NCBI GenBank assembly: GCA_951406725.2
Contig: OX597827.1
Coordinates: forward strand, 13,888,001 to 13,952,000
Direction: 5' to 3'
DNA: 64,000 nt
DNA from: Octopus vulgaris
Taxonomy: Eukaryota
The position numbers and the translations under genes are program-made. Shown in pieces: positions 41,082 to 55,574 of this stretch (the stretch's first letter is position 1; each line of letters begins with the position of its first letter). Under the pieces are notes generated by a model that had not been told where the DNA came from, searched no databases, and was given only the letters and a program-made list of their open reading frames with translations.

Positions 41082-41336
41082 GAATGTTTCTCTCAGCTCT
41101 GTTGTTTATGCACACTAATATAATGCATCCTGTGGAACATACCAACCACATTTCTTCCCAGTGATCACACATCCTCTGTATTCAATTCTAATGTTTTCCT
41201 GCCATGAAACATTGCCCGATGTATGAAGCACCAAACCCTTGATAGAAGAACTCCCTTGTTGTCATCAGGGGTAATAGCTCCTTAAACTTTCCTCATCTGC
41301 ACTACATTTTCATTCTGGCTACTATACTTTTATGAT

Positions 41337-41550
41337 ACTCTTTACTTACTTGTTTCAGTCATTTGACTGCGGCCATGCTGGAGCACTGCCTTTAATCAAG
41401 CAAATCGACCCCAGGACTTATTCTTTGTAAGCCCAGTACTTATTCTATCGGTCTCTTTTGCCAAACCGCTAAGTGACGGGGACGTAAACACACCAGCATC
41501 GGTTGTCAAGCAATGCTAGGGGGACAAACACAGACACACAAACACACACA

Positions 41551-41592
<42 letters not shown>

Positions 41593-41758
41593 TACAACAG
41601 GCTTCTTTCAGTTTCTGTCTACCAAATCCACTCACAAGGCATTGGTCGGCCCGGGGCTATAGCAGAAGACACTTGCCCGAGGTGCCACGCAGTGGGACTG
41701 AACCCGGAACCAGGTGGTTGGTTAGCAAGCTACTTACCACACAGCCACTCCTGCGCCT
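41337..41758 (-). mobile_element. SINE family A
   Basis: Consensus match. Confidence 0.9.
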
Positions 41759-42092
41759 ATGCTTCTTTCTTTTTTTTTTTTTTTTCTTTTGGTATCAATG
41801 AAGACAGTTGAACTACTATCATTTCATACACACCTTTCTTCTGCAATATTCTGATTTGCATTGATACACTGCTTTGCAATTTAGAACCTGCTTTGTAATC
41901 CAAAACACACCACATCCCTGATCCTCAGGTTACAGGGCATTGTCAAACCTCATTCTTTCAGCTTCTCTTTTTGATGCTAAAAGTTTCTCCCTTAGTTTCC
42001 TGAGAGAGTTCTTTGCCTTACCCATTTCTTCTAATCTTTACAGGCCTGCCTTTTAGCTTTTAGGGTCCTATTTACTGTACCATTCTATTACC

Positions 42093-42323
42093 TATTTCTT
42101 TATTACCCACAAGGGTCTAAACATAGAGGGGACAAACAAGGACAGACATAGGTATTAAGTCGATCACACCGATCCCAGTGCGTAACTGGTACTTAATTTA
42201 TTGACCCCGAAAGGATGAAAGATAAAGTCGACCTCGGTGGAAATTGAACTCACAACGTAACGGCAGACGAAATACCGCTAAGCATTTCGCTTGGCATGCT
42301 AACATTTCTTCCAGCTCTCCGCC
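42093..42323 (-). mobile_element. SINE family B with TSD
   Basis: TACCATTCTATTACC on both flanks. Confidence 0.88.
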
Positions 42324-42436
42324 TATACCATTCTATTACCATGTAATCACATTCTGCCAAACTGGTGACTTACTACATATACAGATCTATTCTGTAGCTT
42401 GCAACTGGTTATCTCATAGAAGCTGCCATTTGTTAA

Positions 42437-43010
42437 AATAATAATAATGAAATTATTGTATACAGCGCTCAGGTGCACCACAACTTGTCAGAAAGTGCGT
42501 ATAAAGCATATGCAGTAATGTACAAATGTCTGGGAAGGGAACAGTGTATGAGTCAGATACATGCTTGCGTGTGTGTGTGTGGAGGGGAGAAAATCAGGTG
42601 TAGCGTTGGCGAATCTCAGAAAGCATGGAAGCTTTGAAGGATGCAGTGCTCCAACAACTAACAACTGATGCTGGCAGTTTGTTCCATGCTTCAGCAACTC
42701 TTAACATGAAAAAATGTTTCCGAAAGTCATGGGAGCTGTGCTGTTTTCTGACTTTGTAAACATGTCCACGGGTGTTAGACAGGTGGAGTTTGAAAAGGTG
42801 CTCAGAGTTATTGTTTGTAAGATGGTTAATGATTTTATGGATGTCTGCCAAGTCAGCTGCCAGACGTTGGAGTTTCAATGTGTCCATGCCCAGGGAAGTA
42901 AGGCATTCAGAATATGGCAAATGCCTGATGGAGAGTATTCTCTTGGTTGCACGTCACTGAACGGCTTCCAGACAATTAATATCCTGGACAAGATAGGGGT
43001 TCCAGACCAG
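42437..43010 (-). mobile_element. 5'-truncated CR1-clade LINE (ORF2 C-terminus, 3' UTR, (ATT)n tail)
   Basis: PYSECLTSLGMDTLKLQRLAADL...NTRGHVYKV...FRKHFFMLRVAEAWNKLP is the typical CR1 ORF2 end (TRGH..K...R..FF..RV...WN.LP). Confidence 0.88.
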
Positions 43011-43348
43011 TTGTTAAAAGACTCAATCTTACCACTGCCACCTTTATGTGTTAATTAATGCTTCATTGAGCCTAGATCTTTGCTGATACACTTTTCAGCT
43101 TCTACGCTATTTGTCTCTAGCTTATTTTGCATCTCTGAGTCCATCTAGCTCTTATCATGAGATCATTGATCTCTAGCCTATATCAAGCAGTATATCCTCA
43201 TTTGGGAAATATTTAGTATTAATATCCAGTTGTCTGTCATATATCGTGGTGCATGTGAAGTCTGTCTGTCTGGCTTGCATGTTCACTTCTTTGCTTGCTG
43301 ACCAGAAGGCTGGTTAGATTACAGAAGTTATTGTTGCAACTGGCCAGG

Positions 43349-43383
<35 letters not shown>

Positions 43384-43876
43384 GTTTAACGTCCGTTTTC
43401 CGCGCTAGCACAGGTTGGACGGTTCGACCGGGGTCTGGGTAGCCAGAAGGCTGCTCCAGGCTCCAGTCTGATCTGGCAGAGTTTCTACGGCTGGATGCCC
43501 TTCCTAACGCCAACCACTCCGCGAGTGTTATGGGTGCTTTTTACGTGCCACCTGCACAGGTGCCAGGGGGGGGGGGCCGGCATCGGTCACGATTGGTTGG
43601 AGCTTTTAACGTGCCAGCGGCACGGAAGCCAGCCAAGGCGGCGCTGGCAACGTTCGGATGGTCTTTTTTATGTGCCACCGGCACAGGAGCCAGTCGGGGC
43701 GGCGCTGGCATCGGCCACGTTCGATAGAACTACAACAGTCTTGAATCCTTCCTCATTCATCATAGCTTACCTATAGCCTTCACCCATAACAGAGTGGCCA
43801 CTATAGTGTCGACCAACATGGCTATTAAAATCATCAGTCATGGAAACAAGATTGTTGTCATTCATTATCATGTTAA

Positions 43877-44097
43877 CCCTTTAGTGTTCACATTATCCTG
43901 CCAAAATAAATCGTTTTTTATCCAAATTGTTTTGAATTAATCAGGCATTATCTTGTAGCTATGAGATTTTAATGAGGTAGCTGTTAATTTTTAAAACGAT
44001 ATTGTAGGGTTGGTTTAAGAGACCAGATATGGCCAGTCTGAACATAAAACAAGCAGAAAACTTTTGGCCAGATATGGCCGGTTTAAATGCTAAAGGG
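43877..44097. mobile_element. piggyBac-type MITE
   Basis: TTAA|CCCTTTAGTGTT ... AATGCTAAAGGG|TTAA. Confidence 0.85.
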
Positions 44098-44542
44098 TTA
44101 ATCTGCAAAATAGTCTTATAGATAGACATGGTCCATTTTATTCACCTGCCAACCTTGATTGTGATGTATTTACAGAGAACCCTGTTGTTGTCATGCACCT
44201 TATTGTGAGTCTAAGCGTCAATCACACACTTCAACTACTTCAATTACTTTATCTATCCATTTCTCAGCTAGAGGTCTGCCTGTTCCATCCACTCCAGTGC
44301 TGTTATCCACTTTGATAAATGTGTACCTGTGTTCCTCATATGGCTGGTGTCTGGATGAGGTTTACCTCAGTAGACGTGTATACAGTACACATCTGCTTCA
44401 CACCATTTCAAGATCTGTTTAATCTCTCCATACCTGACATTTTATTATGTCAAGGATGTACATGTGGGGTATGATAGGCTTCCATACAGTTTCCATCTGC
44501 CAAATTCCATTCACAGGGTTATAGTAAACGTGAGACTGTAGT

Positions 44543-44658
44543 AGGTACCACTCACTCAAAGAGTGTGTGTGTGTGTGTGTATGTGTGTGTATGTGTGTGT
44601 GTGTGTATGTGTGTGTGTATGTGTGTGTGTGTGTATGTGTGTGTGTATGTGTGTGTGT

Positions 44659-44707
<49 letters not shown>

Positions 44708-44735
44708 TGTATGTGTATATGTGTGTGTGTGTATG

Positions 44736-44766
<31 letters not shown>

Positions 44767-44802
44767 ATGTGTGTGTGTATGTGTGTGTGTATATGTGTGT
44801 GT

Positions 44803-44861
<59 letters not shown>

Positions 44862-44863
44862 CG
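44543..44863. repeat. Long (GT)n/(GTAT) microsatellite, representative of dozens of (TA)n, (CA)n, (TATC)n, (TATG)n and (ATT)n tracts in the window
   Basis: Directly visible. Confidence 0.97.
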
Positions 44864-46212
44864 TAAGATGGACTTCCACACAGTGTCTGTCAGTCAAATT
44901 CCATTCACAAGGTGTTGGTTAACTTAAGACAATGCTAAAAGTCACTTGCCCAAGATGCTAAATAGTGAGATCAAACCCCAAAATATGTAGTTGCAAAGTG
45001 AATGTCTGAACCACACAGTCATTCTTGTACCTATCACTAAAAATAAAAAGTTGTATCTCAAATGGATTGCTTGCTCTTTGCATATCAAACAGACCCAATT
45101 ACTCGGCTCCATTCACAGTAAATCATATTCATTTATTACAAATGTTTTCTCTGTTATATAACATCATAACTGAGCAGTTGAGATGGCTGATACCTCTCAC
45201 TTGGAAACTGTTTTCCATATTCAGGCATTAAAAAAAAAAAAAGAAATGTTTTTGCCACTCTAAGAAAAATGCAACGAACATTATTCCCAGCAATGTGATA
45301 TAAGATAATCTAAAAGATGCAATCTTTGGTGATGTAACAGTGTTAATAGAACATTACGATTCTTAAACATACCTTTGAACAAGACACAGCGAGAGAGAGA
45401 GGGGAGTGGGGGAGGGAAAATATTTGTCACCCATAAAGGAAGCATTCTCTGCAACTCCCCACATCCACCCGCATTAAACTATTACTATAAGGATACATTA
45501 AATGTTTAAATGTCTACGATGTGTGATTGTTAATATAGTTATAATGTTTTTTGACAATCAATTTCATTTTTAAAGATGAAACATTTAAAAAAAAAAAAAA
45601 CATTTACTCCTGTCATAAGACAGTTACAGACTGTTACATTTTAAGTTCAAATCTTACTGGGGTTTAATTTGTTATTTATCCTAAATGACACACACCAGTC
45701 GAGTCATGTCGATGGTGTAACAGACAATTTGCCCTTCCAGCAAATTTGAAACTTTGTCCTTATGTTAGAAACATGTAGTTACATCTAGACTGTGTCTTAG
45801 TTGGATATGGACATAATTCTTTCATTATGTAAAAATCTAAGCAGGCATTTGAAAATGATTGGAGATTAAACCATTTGAGACTTAGTGTAGATGTTAACAC
45901 TGTATAATTATAATCATAATAGCATATACAGATATGCATACATAAGTGTAAATATTAGATATGCATATGTGTGTGTTTGTATGTGTGGATCAAAACAGAT
46001 TGATTCAAATTCCTTGGTACTTTGAGTTTCAAAGTGTAATGCTAATCCTCAGCGACTGGATATTTGGTTCAAATTGTTTTGATCCATACATGTAACTCCT
46101 GATAAATGTGTTGAGTGCACTTCTTTTGTTTGTCCACTCAATATTATATTATAATGGGGAGGCTCTACATCGTAGAGTTTGGTTCTTCTCCAGATTTATG
46201 TTTTTCTACAAA

Positions 46213-46295
<83 letters not shown>

Positions 46296-46393
46296 CACAC
46301 ATATATACAAATATACATACATATGTACAAGTATATGTATATATATGTATATGCATATATATATGTACACACACAAAAACATACATAAGTAAA

Positions 46394-46958
46394 GGGTGTA
46401 AAAATAAGAAGAAAACTGAGAAGAAATGGATGTAATTAATAATTTCTTTGTATGTTACAAAAAAGATGACAGTTTTTTTAAAAAAACATAACAGTACAAA
46501 TAAATTGAATTACAGGTCGAAAGTGCAAAACATAAATTAGAATGAAGTAAGGAACCTACATATATGTTTCAGTCATATCATCAAGCTGAGGGTAATTTCA
46601 ATGCCTTTGGTTTAATGTTAAGAAAGTTTTACTTTTGAAAAGAAAAAAACGATTACCTAATTTCCATGCACTCTATATTAACTCTGAATATGTCCTACCC
46701 CCATTTAGTTATAATATGGTAATTCCTTAGCATTAAACCAAATGCTTCAAAATTACCATCAACTAGATGATAGGACCGAAACATATATTTAGGTTCCTTA
46801 TTTTATTTTAATTTATTTTTTGAGCTTTCAACCTGTACTTCAATTTATTTGTACTGTAGTGTTTTTTTAAAAAAAAAACTGTCATCTTTTTGTAACATAC
46901 AAATAAATTATTAATTACATCCCTCTCTTCTCCATTTTCTTCTTGTTGCTTTTACCCC
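46394..46958. mobile_element. Diverged inverted repeat (~230-bp arms, ~100-bp spacer), Penelope-like inverted terminal repeats
   Basis: Arms at ~46394-46625 and ~46722-46958 are reverse complements. Each holds a decayed hammerhead (CT.GATGA...GAAA-CATATAT(G/T)-TA). Confidence 0.65.
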
Positions 46959-46974
46959 AATGTTGATAATTTCA

Positions 46975-47340
46975 ATAATCCTGAGCATATACCAATGACT
47001 TTCACATTATATAATAGGGATTATACCTGTGGAATACCTTGGATTATACAATCTCTAATGAGGATGTGACTTTCTCTAATTAAGTATACATATATATGTT
47101 TGTCATTCAAGAGACACCCTTAATTAAATTAAACAACACATGGATTTAATCCCATTGGATCTCAATACTTCAAGGTAATTTTTTTGTGAACTATCATCAC
47201 ACTCAAGATACACAAAGACTTTACAATGTATCGGAGTACCTATTTTTTAATTTTTGTATATTTTTATTATTATTTTTTTGCAAAAAACAATGTAATTTTC
47301 TTTTTTCCCCCTCCTCACATTAAAAAAAAAATTTTTTTTT
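46975..47340 (+). pseudogene. Possible Penelope-like GIY-YIG ORF 3' relic and 3' UTR
   Basis: Frameshifted QETPLIKLNNT..NPIG/LN* resembles the E..xI..LxT..PxGLN end of Penelope-like endonucleases. A T-rich segment and a hammerhead follow. Confidence 0.35.
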
Positions 47341-47346
47341 CTTTAC

Positions 47347-47388
47347 AATTCTTGAAAAGTCACATTATGACGAAAACCGGTTTGAATT
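47347..47388 (+). ncRNA. Minimal type I hammerhead ribozyme motif (U3:A8 variant, UUU triplet)
   Basis: AATTC-TTGAAAA-GTCA(CATTA)TGAC-GAAA-ACCGGT-TT-GAATT: stems I and II pair fully and stem III is palindromic. Confidence 0.65.
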
Positions 47389-47536
47389 AATATATATATA
47401 TTTTATCAATTTTTCAAAATTTTCCATACACCCATTTTCATTAAAATTTTCTGTCAATTTAGCATTCTGCCTTTTTACAATTTTTCCTTGCCTATCATTT
47501 CTCCACGTGCGGTCAAAACAACCCCACCATTTATTG

Positions 47537-47598
<62 letters not shown>

Positions 47599-47988
47599 TG
47601 ATAGATAGATAGATATTCTTTTATTCTTATACTATTTTAACTGTTTCAGTCATTTGACCGTGGCCATGCTGAACTTATTCTTTGTAAACCTAGTTCTTAT
47701 TCTATCAGCCTTGTTTGTCAAACCGTTAAGTGACAGGGGATGTAAACACACCAACACCAGCTGTCAAGTGATGGTAGGGACAAACACAAACACAGACAAA
47801 TATATACATATAAATATACGACGACTTTCTTTTAGTTTCGATCTACCAAATCCAGTCACAAGGTTTTGGTCAGCCTGAGGCAATAGTAGAAGACACTTGC
47901 CCAAGGTACCATGCAGTTGGGCTGAACTCAGAACCATGTGATTGAGAAACAAGCTTCTTACCACACAGCTATGCTGATGGCTCTCTCT

Positions 47989-48037
<49 letters not shown>

Positions 48038-48118
48038 TATTTAGATTTATTAATATTTATTTTTTGCCAAATTATATATAAAAACAATTTTGCATTAAAC
48101 ACAAGGATTACTCAATAG

Positions 48119-48161
<43 letters not shown>

Positions 48162-48481
48162 TATACACACACATGCACACACTCATCATATTGCTCATGA
48201 ATATAATCATGTGTAAATATATATATTTGGAGGTGTGTGGCTATTTGTTAGAGTATTGAACTCAAGATCATACATTTATGATTTCAATTCCTGGACTGGG
48301 CAACACATTGTGATCTTGAGCAAAACACTTCATTTCATATTGCCCCCAGTCCACTCAACTGGTATAAATGAGAAATTCTGTGATGGACTGGCATCCTACC
48401 CCAGGGGAAACATATCTGCCATGAAAGTATGAGACTGACCTTACGAGCCATCAATAGAATTTTCAAATACATATATACATA

Positions 48482-49120
48482 GGTGCAGGAGTGGCTGTGT
48501 GGTAAGTAGCTTGTTTACCAACCACATGGTTCCGGGTTCAGTCCCACAGCGTGGCCCCTTGGGCAAGTGTCTTCTACTATAGCCTCGGGCCGACCAAAGC
48601 CTTGTGAGTGGATTTGGTAGACGGAAACTGAAAGAAGCCCGTCGTATATATGTATATATGTCTATCTCTCTCTCTTCCTCTGTGTGTGTGTGTATGCATA
48701 TATATATATATAGGCGCAGGAGTGGCTGTGTGGTAAGTAGCTTGCTAACCAACCACATGGTTCTGGGTTCAGTCCCACTGCGTGGCATCTTGGGCAAGTG
48801 TCTTCCGCTATAGCCTCGGGCCGACCAATGCCTTGTGAGTGGATTTGGTAGACGGAAACTGAAAGAAGCCTGTCGTATATATGTATATATATATATAAGT
48901 GTGTGTGTATATGTTTGTGTGTCTGTGTTTGTCCCCCTAGCATTGCTTGACAACTGATGCTGGTGTGTATACGTCCCCGTCATTTAGCGGTTCGGCAAAA
49001 GAGACCGATAGAATAAGTACTGGGCTTACTAAAGATTAAGTCCCGGGGTCGAGTTGCTCGATTAAAGGCGGTGCTCCAGCATGGCCGCAGTCAAAATGAC
49101 TGAAACAAGTAAAAAAGAGA
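48482..49120 (+). mobile_element. SINE family A, 5' half followed by a full copy in tandem
   Basis: The head repeats at 48482 and 48712. An inverted decayed copy lies at 47615-47970. Confidence 0.88.
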
Positions 49121-49565
49121 AAAAAAAAAAGAAAAAGAGAAATCTGTATGGTTCATTACGAAATACTTACATAGTTCACATCTCAAAACTCCAACTCTTT
49201 ATTGTACATATTCGTACATATGTAATTTTTTCTGTAAGTGCATGTGAAAATAAGGGTCTCTCTCTAATATGTGTCCATTGATACCTCTGCATACATTCTT
49301 ATAAGTACACACAAACACACTTGTGTTTATGAATACAGAAGAATTCTCAAACAACAGAGAAAGGTAAGAAATGTAATCATATTCACAGGCTGAAGACCAA
49401 ACAAACTTTATCATGCTAGACCGTTTCAAAAGGTAAATATATATTCATACAAATTCTTATAAATACATATACATGCACACACACACATACAACCATATAA
49501 GTATGTATATATATATATACACACACACATACACATACTTCTACTAATAATTTTATAGATGTATC

Positions 49566-49662
<97 letters not shown>

Positions 49663-49668
49663 ATATAT

Positions 49669-49718
<50 letters not shown>

Positions 49719-50103
49719 ATATATATATATGTGTGTGCGTATATGTATACATATGTGCATGTGTGTATATATGTATAAATATTTCAAATATGTATAGACG
49801 TTCATATATATGTATGCATGTGTATGCATATGTCTGTACACACACACACACACACATGCACACACACACACACATGCACACACACACACACACATGCACA
49901 CACACACACACACACATGCATACATATCTATATATTGAAAAATAGCTTTTATAACAATCAACTGCCAAAAAATGATGTGCATGTCCACAAGGCTTTCCAA
50001 CAAATCACGAATGTCAGATGTATTTTCACTGCCAACAGTGAGGTTACTGATAATGTCTCAGAAAAAATAATTAATATACATTCACATATGAATATGTCTA
50101 TAA

Positions 50104-50149
<46 letters not shown>

Positions 50150-50190
50150 ATACATATTTACTCATTGAACTTATGTGTGTATTTACACAC

Positions 50191-50268
<78 letters not shown>

Positions 50269-50333
50269 ATATAAATATATATGTGTATATGTGTGTGTAT
50301 ATATATATGCGTATATATATGTGTGTATATTTA

Positions 50334-50444
<111 letters not shown>

Positions 50445-50445
50445 C

Positions 50446-50477
<32 letters not shown>

Positions 50478-50481
50478 GTGT

Positions 50482-50560
<79 letters not shown>

Positions 50561-51056
50561 AAATATATATATGTATGTATGTATGTATTAGTCAAGCATA
50601 TGCATATATGTGTGTGTTGTATTTATGTGTGTATATGTGTGTAGATATTGAGCAACGTATGAACTGTATTAATATGTTGTAAATTGATGAGCTCTATGGG
50701 AGGTTAAATTTAGACATGAACCAAATATTAAGAAATAGAAAATTTATATATAATCCTGTTGGATGTATAGAAGTTATTATCCTGAAGTAAGAATAAAGAA
50801 GTATACTTTTTATATTCATGCACACACACACACATATGACACATACACAAATGCACACACAGTCACACAGTTGCACTCACAAGCACACCGACATATATAT
50901 ATATATATGTGTGTGTATATATATATATTAAGTAATAACATGTGCGCATAGAGACACCTATCTGTTTGTACCTATATATGTCAGTACACATGTAAATGTA
51001 TATAAGCATGTGAGTGTGTATGTTTTGAGTATATATACATTTGTATGTATATGTAT

Positions 51057-51112
<56 letters not shown>

Positions 51113-51135
51113 AAATATATATATATATATGTATA

Positions 51136-51171
<36 letters not shown>

Positions 51172-51333
51172 ATATATATATATATATATATATGTATATA
51201 TTTTTATATGCCTACATCTCTGAGTGCCTGTACATATGTAATACATGTATCTACATATGTATAGTACAAGTAGTAACATACAAAGTAAAACACTTTCTGT
51301 ATGTGTGTGTGTGGAGGTTGTTACATATGTATG

Positions 51334-51387
<54 letters not shown>

Positions 51388-51453
51388 TGTGTGATGAAAG
51401 AGTTTCCAATGATGCAAGTGCATCATTTTATCGATTATATATATATATATATA

Positions 51454-51484
<31 letters not shown>

Positions 51485-51485
<1 letters not shown>

Positions 51486-51695
51486 TTTTATTCTTTTAGT
51501 TGTTTCAGTCATTTGACTGTGGCTATGCTGGAGCACTGCCTTTAATCAAACAAATCGACCCCAGGACTTGTTCTTTGTAAGCCTAGTACTTATTCAATCA
51601 GTCTATTTTGCCGAACCACTAAGTTACAGGGACATAAACACACCAACACCAGTTGTCAAGCGATGGTGAGGGGACAAAAAGTAGACACAAAAATT

Positions 51696-51767
<72 letters not shown>

Positions 51768-51892
51768 CATCAGGCTTCTTTCAGTTTCCATCTGCCAAAT
51801 CCCCTCTCAAGGCTTTGCTCGGCCTGAGACTGAAGTACAGTAGAAGACACTTGCTGAAGGTGTCACACAGTGGGACTGAACCCAGAACCATG
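51485..51892 (-). mobile_element. SINE family A, 5'-truncated
   Basis: Consensus match. Confidence 0.82.
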
Positions 51893-52223
51893 TATACATA
51901 TATGTTATATATGTATATGTGTGTGTGTATGTATGTGTGTGTGTGTGTATATATATATATTGGGACATTTATATATCTATATATATATATATATATATAT
52001 AAAGTGAAAAATGCATATACATATATATATGTATAATTATATATAGCTATATATAAATATATTATATATGTATATACGTATATCTTTACGTGCGTATATA
52101 TGATATCTAAGTTGATTTACAAATACATATAGTATACTATAAACTTATATACATTATTATGTTTATAGTCACACACAACCATTCACACTCACACATACAC
52201 ATTCATGCACACTTATACACACA

Positions 52224-52257
<34 letters not shown>

Positions 52258-52837
52258 TAGACATACATACCCACACACCTGATATATGACCTGTATGATA
52301 TATAATGAAAATATCAATACAAAATATACAAAACTGCTTGAATAAGAAAACAAAATTAAAAGACAATTCTTAACTTAGTTTTGTACCGCTGATAAGAATA
52401 TTTTACTTAATTAAATCTTCATAAAGTTTGATCTGAATAATTATGAGGAATTACAATGAATTAATATATTGGCGACAATGCAATTGACAAATATTTCTAA
52501 TTAACTTCAAATAATAATGTTAATCATCAATGATTAGTTATTGTATCTGGTATACACACACACAGCTTCAATGAGCATACCTTCCACACATACATGTATA
52601 GATATAGCGTATGTATTTACGTATATAACATACAATTAGACAATATATAATATGTGTATACAAATTTCATGTATGTGTTACACACACACATACACACATA
52701 GACATGTATATGTATATATCCATACATACACTTTTCTACTAGCCTCAGCTCATGACCTGTGGTCATACTGGGGCACCACAAGTTTAGGACGTTTAATGCA
52801 GATGAAATATATATATATGTACATATGTGTGTACATG

Positions 52838-52910
<73 letters not shown>

Positions 52911-52988
52911 GGAGGGAGTGAGAGAGAAGAGAGAGTGAGAGAGGGAGATATATATATATATATATTTCGTATACATATGTGTATGTGT

Positions 52989-53024
<36 letters not shown>

Positions 53025-53771
53025 TACATACATCTTTTCTTTACACTCTTCTTCATTTTCAATTACACATATATATACATATACGTACATACATTAATGT
53101 ATATATATATTTACATATATGCATATGTATATATACATATATATATTTATATGAGAATGCATATATATATATCTATTTATATTTACCCATATATTTATAA
53201 ACACACGTATACATATAAGCACACATACATATATGCATACATGCATAAATACACACATATACATACATACAAACATAAGTACGTAAATTCATTCATTCAT
53301 TCATTCATTCATTCATTCATACATAAACGCATAAGAATAAGTATTTATTTAGGCTAAACATTAACAAAGTATACAAAGTTGAAAAATTTGTAAAAAAATA
53401 AACAAAAAAAAACTCATCAAACTTAATTGAAACAGAAATATATATATATGTCCAGTTTGTCCAAATTCTATAGAAAAATACCGAATGCCAAGTTTTGCAT
53501 TTCTATTTTCTTTATATTTTTACTGATAGCTTCCAGAGGCATATACTTGATTGATTTTTTTTCTCGCACTTCTCTACAGATATATCTTTCTTAGCATGTT
53601 GAAATTTGGAGAAAAAAAAGAGAAGAAAATATTAAAAAAAAACAACCCAGCAACAACAACAACAACAACATTATTCAATAGCAACACCACTGTCAAAGTT
53701 CAATCCTGACAAGTGTTAGTTATATTGCTGAAGGTAGGAGAAGGGTTCCCACGATATCAATCAATAAAAAC

Positions 53772-53804
<33 letters not shown>

Positions 53805-55574
53805 TAAATGTAAAAAGTACTTCACAAGTATGCTACATCCATGTTTTTCGCTCAATAAACACTTTTAACAGCTCTGGGCCATAGCACTTACATGGAATGA
53901 GAAGAAAAAAAAAACCCCAAAAAACAGCAACCACAAAACAAGGTAGAATAGATAGATAGGTAGTTGGACTTGCGACAGGCTTAAAATTGGAGCGAGCCAG
54001 GCACAGCAGTATTAAGATGCGTGAGAGCTGCTGAAACTGTTTTAGGAAGCAAAATATACCCTTATAGCTATACATGCCTTAAAGCAGGATAAAAAAGTAC
54101 AGGCAAAATTTCCTGAGAATATATGACAGTAATTTGTTATTAACCCTTTCATTTCAGAAGAAAATTGTGTAAAATAACTTAAGGCACTTTTTTTTATAGT
54201 TGTTTTTTGTTGTTTCAATTTGTTTGTTGTTTGTTTTTGTAATTGTAATTATTTATTTTTTTTTTACACAATTCTAGTTTCTTTTAAATAGTTTACATGA
54301 GAAAATAGTATTTAATTTTTTAATACATACCTTGGTAATTTTTTTACTGTTTTTACTTTAAAAGAATTTCAGTACACATCTTGAAACTGTCTTTCTATAC
54401 CTTCAGTGATCTTTGTAGTAAAGTGCCAAACTATTAAAAGAAAAAAACAGCTTCCTTGAATAGCTGTATCTGTAATCCATGTCTCCCAGTGAAGTCTGCT
54501 CTAACTACTGCTACAGCATCATGTTATATTGATAGATATATCTGAAGTGTGAGTAAGTGCAACCGTTGATAAATATCTGTGGTCTATATAAGTACTAGCA
54601 TTTGTCTATGTGTCTGTGTGTCTGTAAGCGCACATGTGCCGGCGTGTAAATGTGTAGCGTGCGTACACGAATGTGCTTTTGTGTTTGTGTGTATGAGTGT
54701 GCGTGGAAGCACCTGTGAGCTAGTGTGTATATGCCTGCCTGTCTGCCTGCCTGTCATCTGTGCATGTCTCTATACTAGCTCAGTCGTCATGTATATGCGC
54801 CGGTGTGTCTGTGTGTATGTTTTCTATGTGTGCATGTGTGAACAGAGTGAGAATATTGACTCCAGCATGAGTTTGGTCAGCAAGGAATCAGAAAAATCTT
54901 TTCAGTTCTTTTAGTAAAGCAATTCAATACATATACTTCCATAAATACATACACGCATAAGCGTTACAGACAAAAGCTGTTCAATAGGTACATACACATA
55001 CATACTTATTATACGTGGAAAGAATTCAATAACATCTGTGCCAAACTTCATTATTTCACTAAAGATGAATGGTATTTTTCAAGAAATTCTTCCTTAAACT
55101 CACTTTCTTTCCTAAAAGTTGTCTTAGCTCTCAGGTGGTGGTAGCTGCAGAGATGGCGATGGTGGTGACGTTAGAGGAGGTTCAGATGTATTTCCTGATA
55201 AAAATTTATATCTTCCAATAATTTATAAATTTACTTCGAATAAAGAAATTTTGATTTAATGAATAAAGACTGTAAAATGAGAAAATTAGACCCTGACAAG
55301 TTATATCAAAGTAAATTTTCCAGGCACTTATCATTCAATCTAGACAATTTCCAATGGGAGAAGAGGCATCTGATATTGTCACTTATAAAATACAGAAAAT
55401 TAATGAAAACATGCAGTTGTTGGAATCTTTTCTTTTTTTTCTGCAAAAGTATATATATTTTTTATTTCATTATTTTATCATCATTATCAATGTGATAATC
55501 ACAATTGTTATAGATATTATTTCCAAAATTATTCCTATTCCCACTATTATTATATTCACACATTATCCTTGCTA

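Larger units (their letters stand above)
40430..44470 (-). mobile_element. Old, fragmented RTE-clade LINE interrupted by younger insertions
   Basis: The C-terminal peptide MKDESWIKMCQMIQVEGTHGRGR...EDVKAD..NLGL (40459-40707) matches the RTE ORF end and is followed by a (GAT)n tail. Further decayed coding-like segments lie between the nested elements. The right boundary is uncertain. Confidence 0.55.

Noticed and set aside
53720-53768. TATTG-CTGAAGG...CGATA...CAATA hammerhead-like motif
   Set aside because: Two or more core mismatches; it cannot be distinguished from chance.
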